Translations under genes and position numbers: made by a program
Shown: positions 38,517-40,797 of the stretch, piece after piece
How the letters are laid out: the number at the start of each line of letters is the position of its first letter
Numbering within the stretch: the stretch's first letter is position 1
Source: an uncultured bacterium
GTDB lineage: Bacteria > Latescibacterota > Latescibacteria > Latescibacterales > Latescibacteraceae
Assembly (NCBI GenBank): GCA_964497605.1
Contig: CAZCDQ010000006.1
Coordinates: 1 to 40,797 of the forward strand
Length of the DNA: 40,797 nt
Reading direction: 5' to 3'
The notes under the pieces: model-generated
What the model saw: the letters and a program-made list of their open reading frames with translations, nothing else
What the model was told of the DNA's origin: nothing
Database searches by the model: none

Positions 38517-40091
38517 TTATTCCTTCGTTTCGACCGCTCCCATATCGGGACCCGCACCGTAAAACGGCCATGCCGAATTTTTGTCGTTAAAATTATACAG
38601 TATAAGACCGTCGTCATGACCCGGAGAATCCGTCCTGAGCTTATCGGTGCCCACAATATATAACGGTATGCCCTCTATGCCGTGTGCCTCATGCCCTTCT
38701 GGTATGCTGCCGTTGTATAGGTCGTAATCGAAATCGCTTAGAGGCATGGTTTCCGCCGCATCGGGGCGGATACTGGTTCTTCGGACATGAAGCACATTGT
38801 TCCGGCTGGTGACATTATACTGGCGCTTTGCATTTGTCGAGGGTTGAATACCGCAGTCGACACCGTGCGGCTGGTACGAGGAATTATGGTAGATATATAT
38901 TTTCCCTTTGTACCACTGAGAGTTTTTCTCACTTTCATCGAGACCGAGCTTGAACAGGCTCCACCCGTATTTATAAGCGATTTTTGCCTGCATCCACCGG
39001 CTTGTATTCCTAAACACATAAAGCGGCCCAACCGATGTTGTCGCCAGGCCAAATGCTATGTTTGATAAATCGATATGATTGTCCCAAACCCGTACATTCA
39101 TGTTCGCCCCCTCGACCTCGATCCCGTCATCCCAGACATGCGTAACTGTATTGCCGTAAATGTCACTGTCGCGTATCGGAAAGCCGTCATAGGAAAAATT
39201 GTGGTCCGCGCCCATACCGTCATTGAACATGTGTTCGGTGTCGGAAAAAATTCTGTTGTTGCGGATAACATGATTGGCCTCAGGAAATCCCTCGCATTCG
39301 AACGCAATACCGTTCGCGCCCAGCGGATGGCCGGTATCCCAACTATTTGAAGTATACCGGGGATGATGGATATCGCAGTTCTGAACCGTGATACGCGCAA
39401 GGCCGCAGGCGTTCGACCATATCCCGCAATCGTCCTCTGTCTGCAGATTTTCCTTGCGTGAAGTCCCCCAAACGCTGATGTCGCAGTTATCGATAACAAC
39501 ATCGTGAACATTACCCAGTTCAATGCCGTATTTACCCACATCGGTCACAGTCAGATTTCGGAGTATAACATAAGAGGCGCCGATAGAGACACCCGGTTCG
39601 CTGCCGCCTGAAATTTCAGCACTTGTGCCGTCATAGACAATATATCCCATCTGACTCCCTCCTTTGTCGATAACATACCCGCTCTTCTGCGACCGGACTA
39701 TGACCGTCTCTGCAACCGGAAGGTTTTCGACCTCGGTCCAAGTAGTCACGCTGATAATCTCTTCCTCACCGGAAGACAGCCGGAGCCGGACGTGATATGC
39801 TGTTTCCGGATTGAGTCCTACAATACTTCCGCGGTATTCTCCGCCGTGCCAATCGCCGGACGGCCGGGTATCGTACCACAGATTCTGTGCGCGTTTCCAG
39901 TCGGTTTCTCCATCGGCACGATATTCGGCCGTGCAATCGATACCCTCCCCGCCGACACCATCCCAGTACAGACCGATACAGCTATATGTCGGCACACCGT
40001 ACGGGGAATCGGCTAATACATTTGCGGCGAACAAAATCAGAGAAAGCACACCGATCGATATGCTCAGCATAATTTTTAAGACACAATACAT
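38517..40091 (-). CDS. Secreted right-handed beta-helix (pectin-lyase-like) protein with N-terminal FN3-like domain
   Basis: Signal peptide, GSIVGLNPETAYHVRL, repeats (VIDNCDI, VQNCDIH, IRNNRI, IYGNTV, VWDNHI, IYHNS), C-terminal PDMGAVE. Confidence 0.8.
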   Translation of the reverse strand: MYCVLKIMLSISIGVLSLILFAANVLADSPYGVPTYSCIGLYWDGVGGEGIDCTAEYRADGETDWKRAQNLWYDTRPSGDWHGGEYRGSIVGLNPETAYHVRLRLSSGEEEIISVTTWTEVENLPVAETVIVRSQKSGYVIDKGGSQMGYIVYDGTSAEISGGSEPGVSIGASYVILRNLTVTDVGKYGIELGNVHDVVIDNCDISVWGTSRKENLQTEDDCGIWSNACGLARITVQNCDIHHPRYTSNSWDTGHPLGANGIAFECEGFPEANHVIRNNRIFSDTEHMFNDGMGADHNFSYDGFPIRDSDIYGNTVTHVWDDGIEVEGANMNVRVWDNHIDLSNIAFGLATTSVGPLYVFRNTSRWMQAKIAYKYGWSLFKLGLDESEKNSQWYKGKIYIYHNSSYQPHGVDCGIQPSTNAKRQYNVTSRNNVLHVRRTSIRPDAAETMPLSDFDYDLYNGSIPEGHEAHGIEGIPLYIVGTDKLRTDSPGHDDGLILYNFNDKNSAWPFYGAGPDMGAVETKE

Positions 40092-40239
40092 GGTGACCTC
40101 GATTGTTATTGTTGTATTTCAACTTTTAACTTTTCGGCAATATACTGAAAATGAATCAGGGAATCATAAAAAACAATCAGGTTATGATTCCGGCCGGGAA
40201 ATAACAAAAAAAACTAATAGGTGTGAGCAATGATATATA

Positions 40240-40258
40240 TTACTATGTAACATAGTAA
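40240..40258. promoter_or_regulatory. Candidate operator palindrome
   Basis: TTACTATG-TAA-CATAGTAA, about 150 bp upstream of the beta-helix gene. Confidence 0.4.
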
Positions 40259-40474
40259 CATATATTATGCGAACGATGCTATCATAAATCCGGCAGCTTT
40301 TTAATCGAAAGAACCAAATGAGAAAAGAATGGAGAGGAAAAAAACAAATGATATCGACGCCAGCAGGAATAAAAAAGCCGAGAGCAGGCCAAACGATGAT
40401 GTTTGACTGATACCGCAGAAAGTATCCAGGCAAGCCCCCGCTCTCAGCGATAAAAATGCATTATTCGAGGATAT

Positions 40475-40702
40475 TTATTCATAGTAATCGAGCTGATCGT
40501 CATAATCCATATCGTCCGAATCGTATCCGTTGTTAATATCAAGCAGATTAATATAATCGTCGTGAATGTGGTCGTCACAATATGCTGTTTTCTCACCGCA
40601 CCTCGAGCATTCCACCATATGGTTTTTGATTGCGGTTTTCATTGAGAATTCATAACCGCAATTATCACATATATAGATATATTTTTTTTCATTGCTTTTC
40701 AT
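40475..40702 (-). CDS. Small zinc-ribbon protein with acidic tail
   Basis: YICDNCG...CSRCG, D/Y-rich C-terminus. ATG 40702 preferred over the track start 40792. Confidence 0.6.
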   Translation of the reverse strand: MKSNEKKYIYICDNCGYEFSMKTAIKNHMVECSRCGEKTAYCDDHIHDDYINLLDINNGYDSDDMDYDDQLDYYE

Positions 40703-40797
40703 TGATATGCCTTTTGAATAATATATGATTAAAATAACAGTTTTTTTCTTTCCGGGTATCCAGTTAAATAAGCTTGTAATCATGGAAGCCACAGAAG

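Overview
Bacterial genomic DNA, about 50% GC by eye, from a diderm and probably anaerobic organism; I cannot assign a taxon from the sequence. Left to right: an IS4-like transposase start running off the left edge; a 1329-aa repeat lipoprotein with a ZU5-like HFS motif; a decayed IS200 tnpA; an ECF sigma/anti-sigma/2x PspC envelope-stress operon; and tRNA-Thr(TGT). The centrepiece is an operon of about 15.5 kb on the minus strand (8443-23942). It encodes a group-4 membrane-bound [NiFe]-hydrogenase with a complete Mrp-type antiporter module and an unusual electron-input arm: an AsrA/AsrB-like (sulfhydrogenase beta/gamma-like) flavin-NAD(P)H module, a truncated FdhF/NuoG-like subunit that appears to lack the Mo site, and a HycB-like ferredoxin with a Cys-to-His ligand swap. 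A sigma54 promoter with twin enhancer palindromes precedes it, next to an NtrC-type regulator and a sensor kinase. Then come katG, an AT-rich rubredoxin/ferredoxin-rubrerythrin block, a PerR/Fur regulator, a divergent beta-barrel plus pentaheme cytochrome c pair, ktrBA with an orphan sensor-like membrane protein, a secreted beta-helix protein and a small Zn-ribbon protein. Several remnants not correctly shown in the ORF track were reconstructed by hand (tnpA, a second mnhB, a receiver domain). All family calls come from motif recognition, not database searches.
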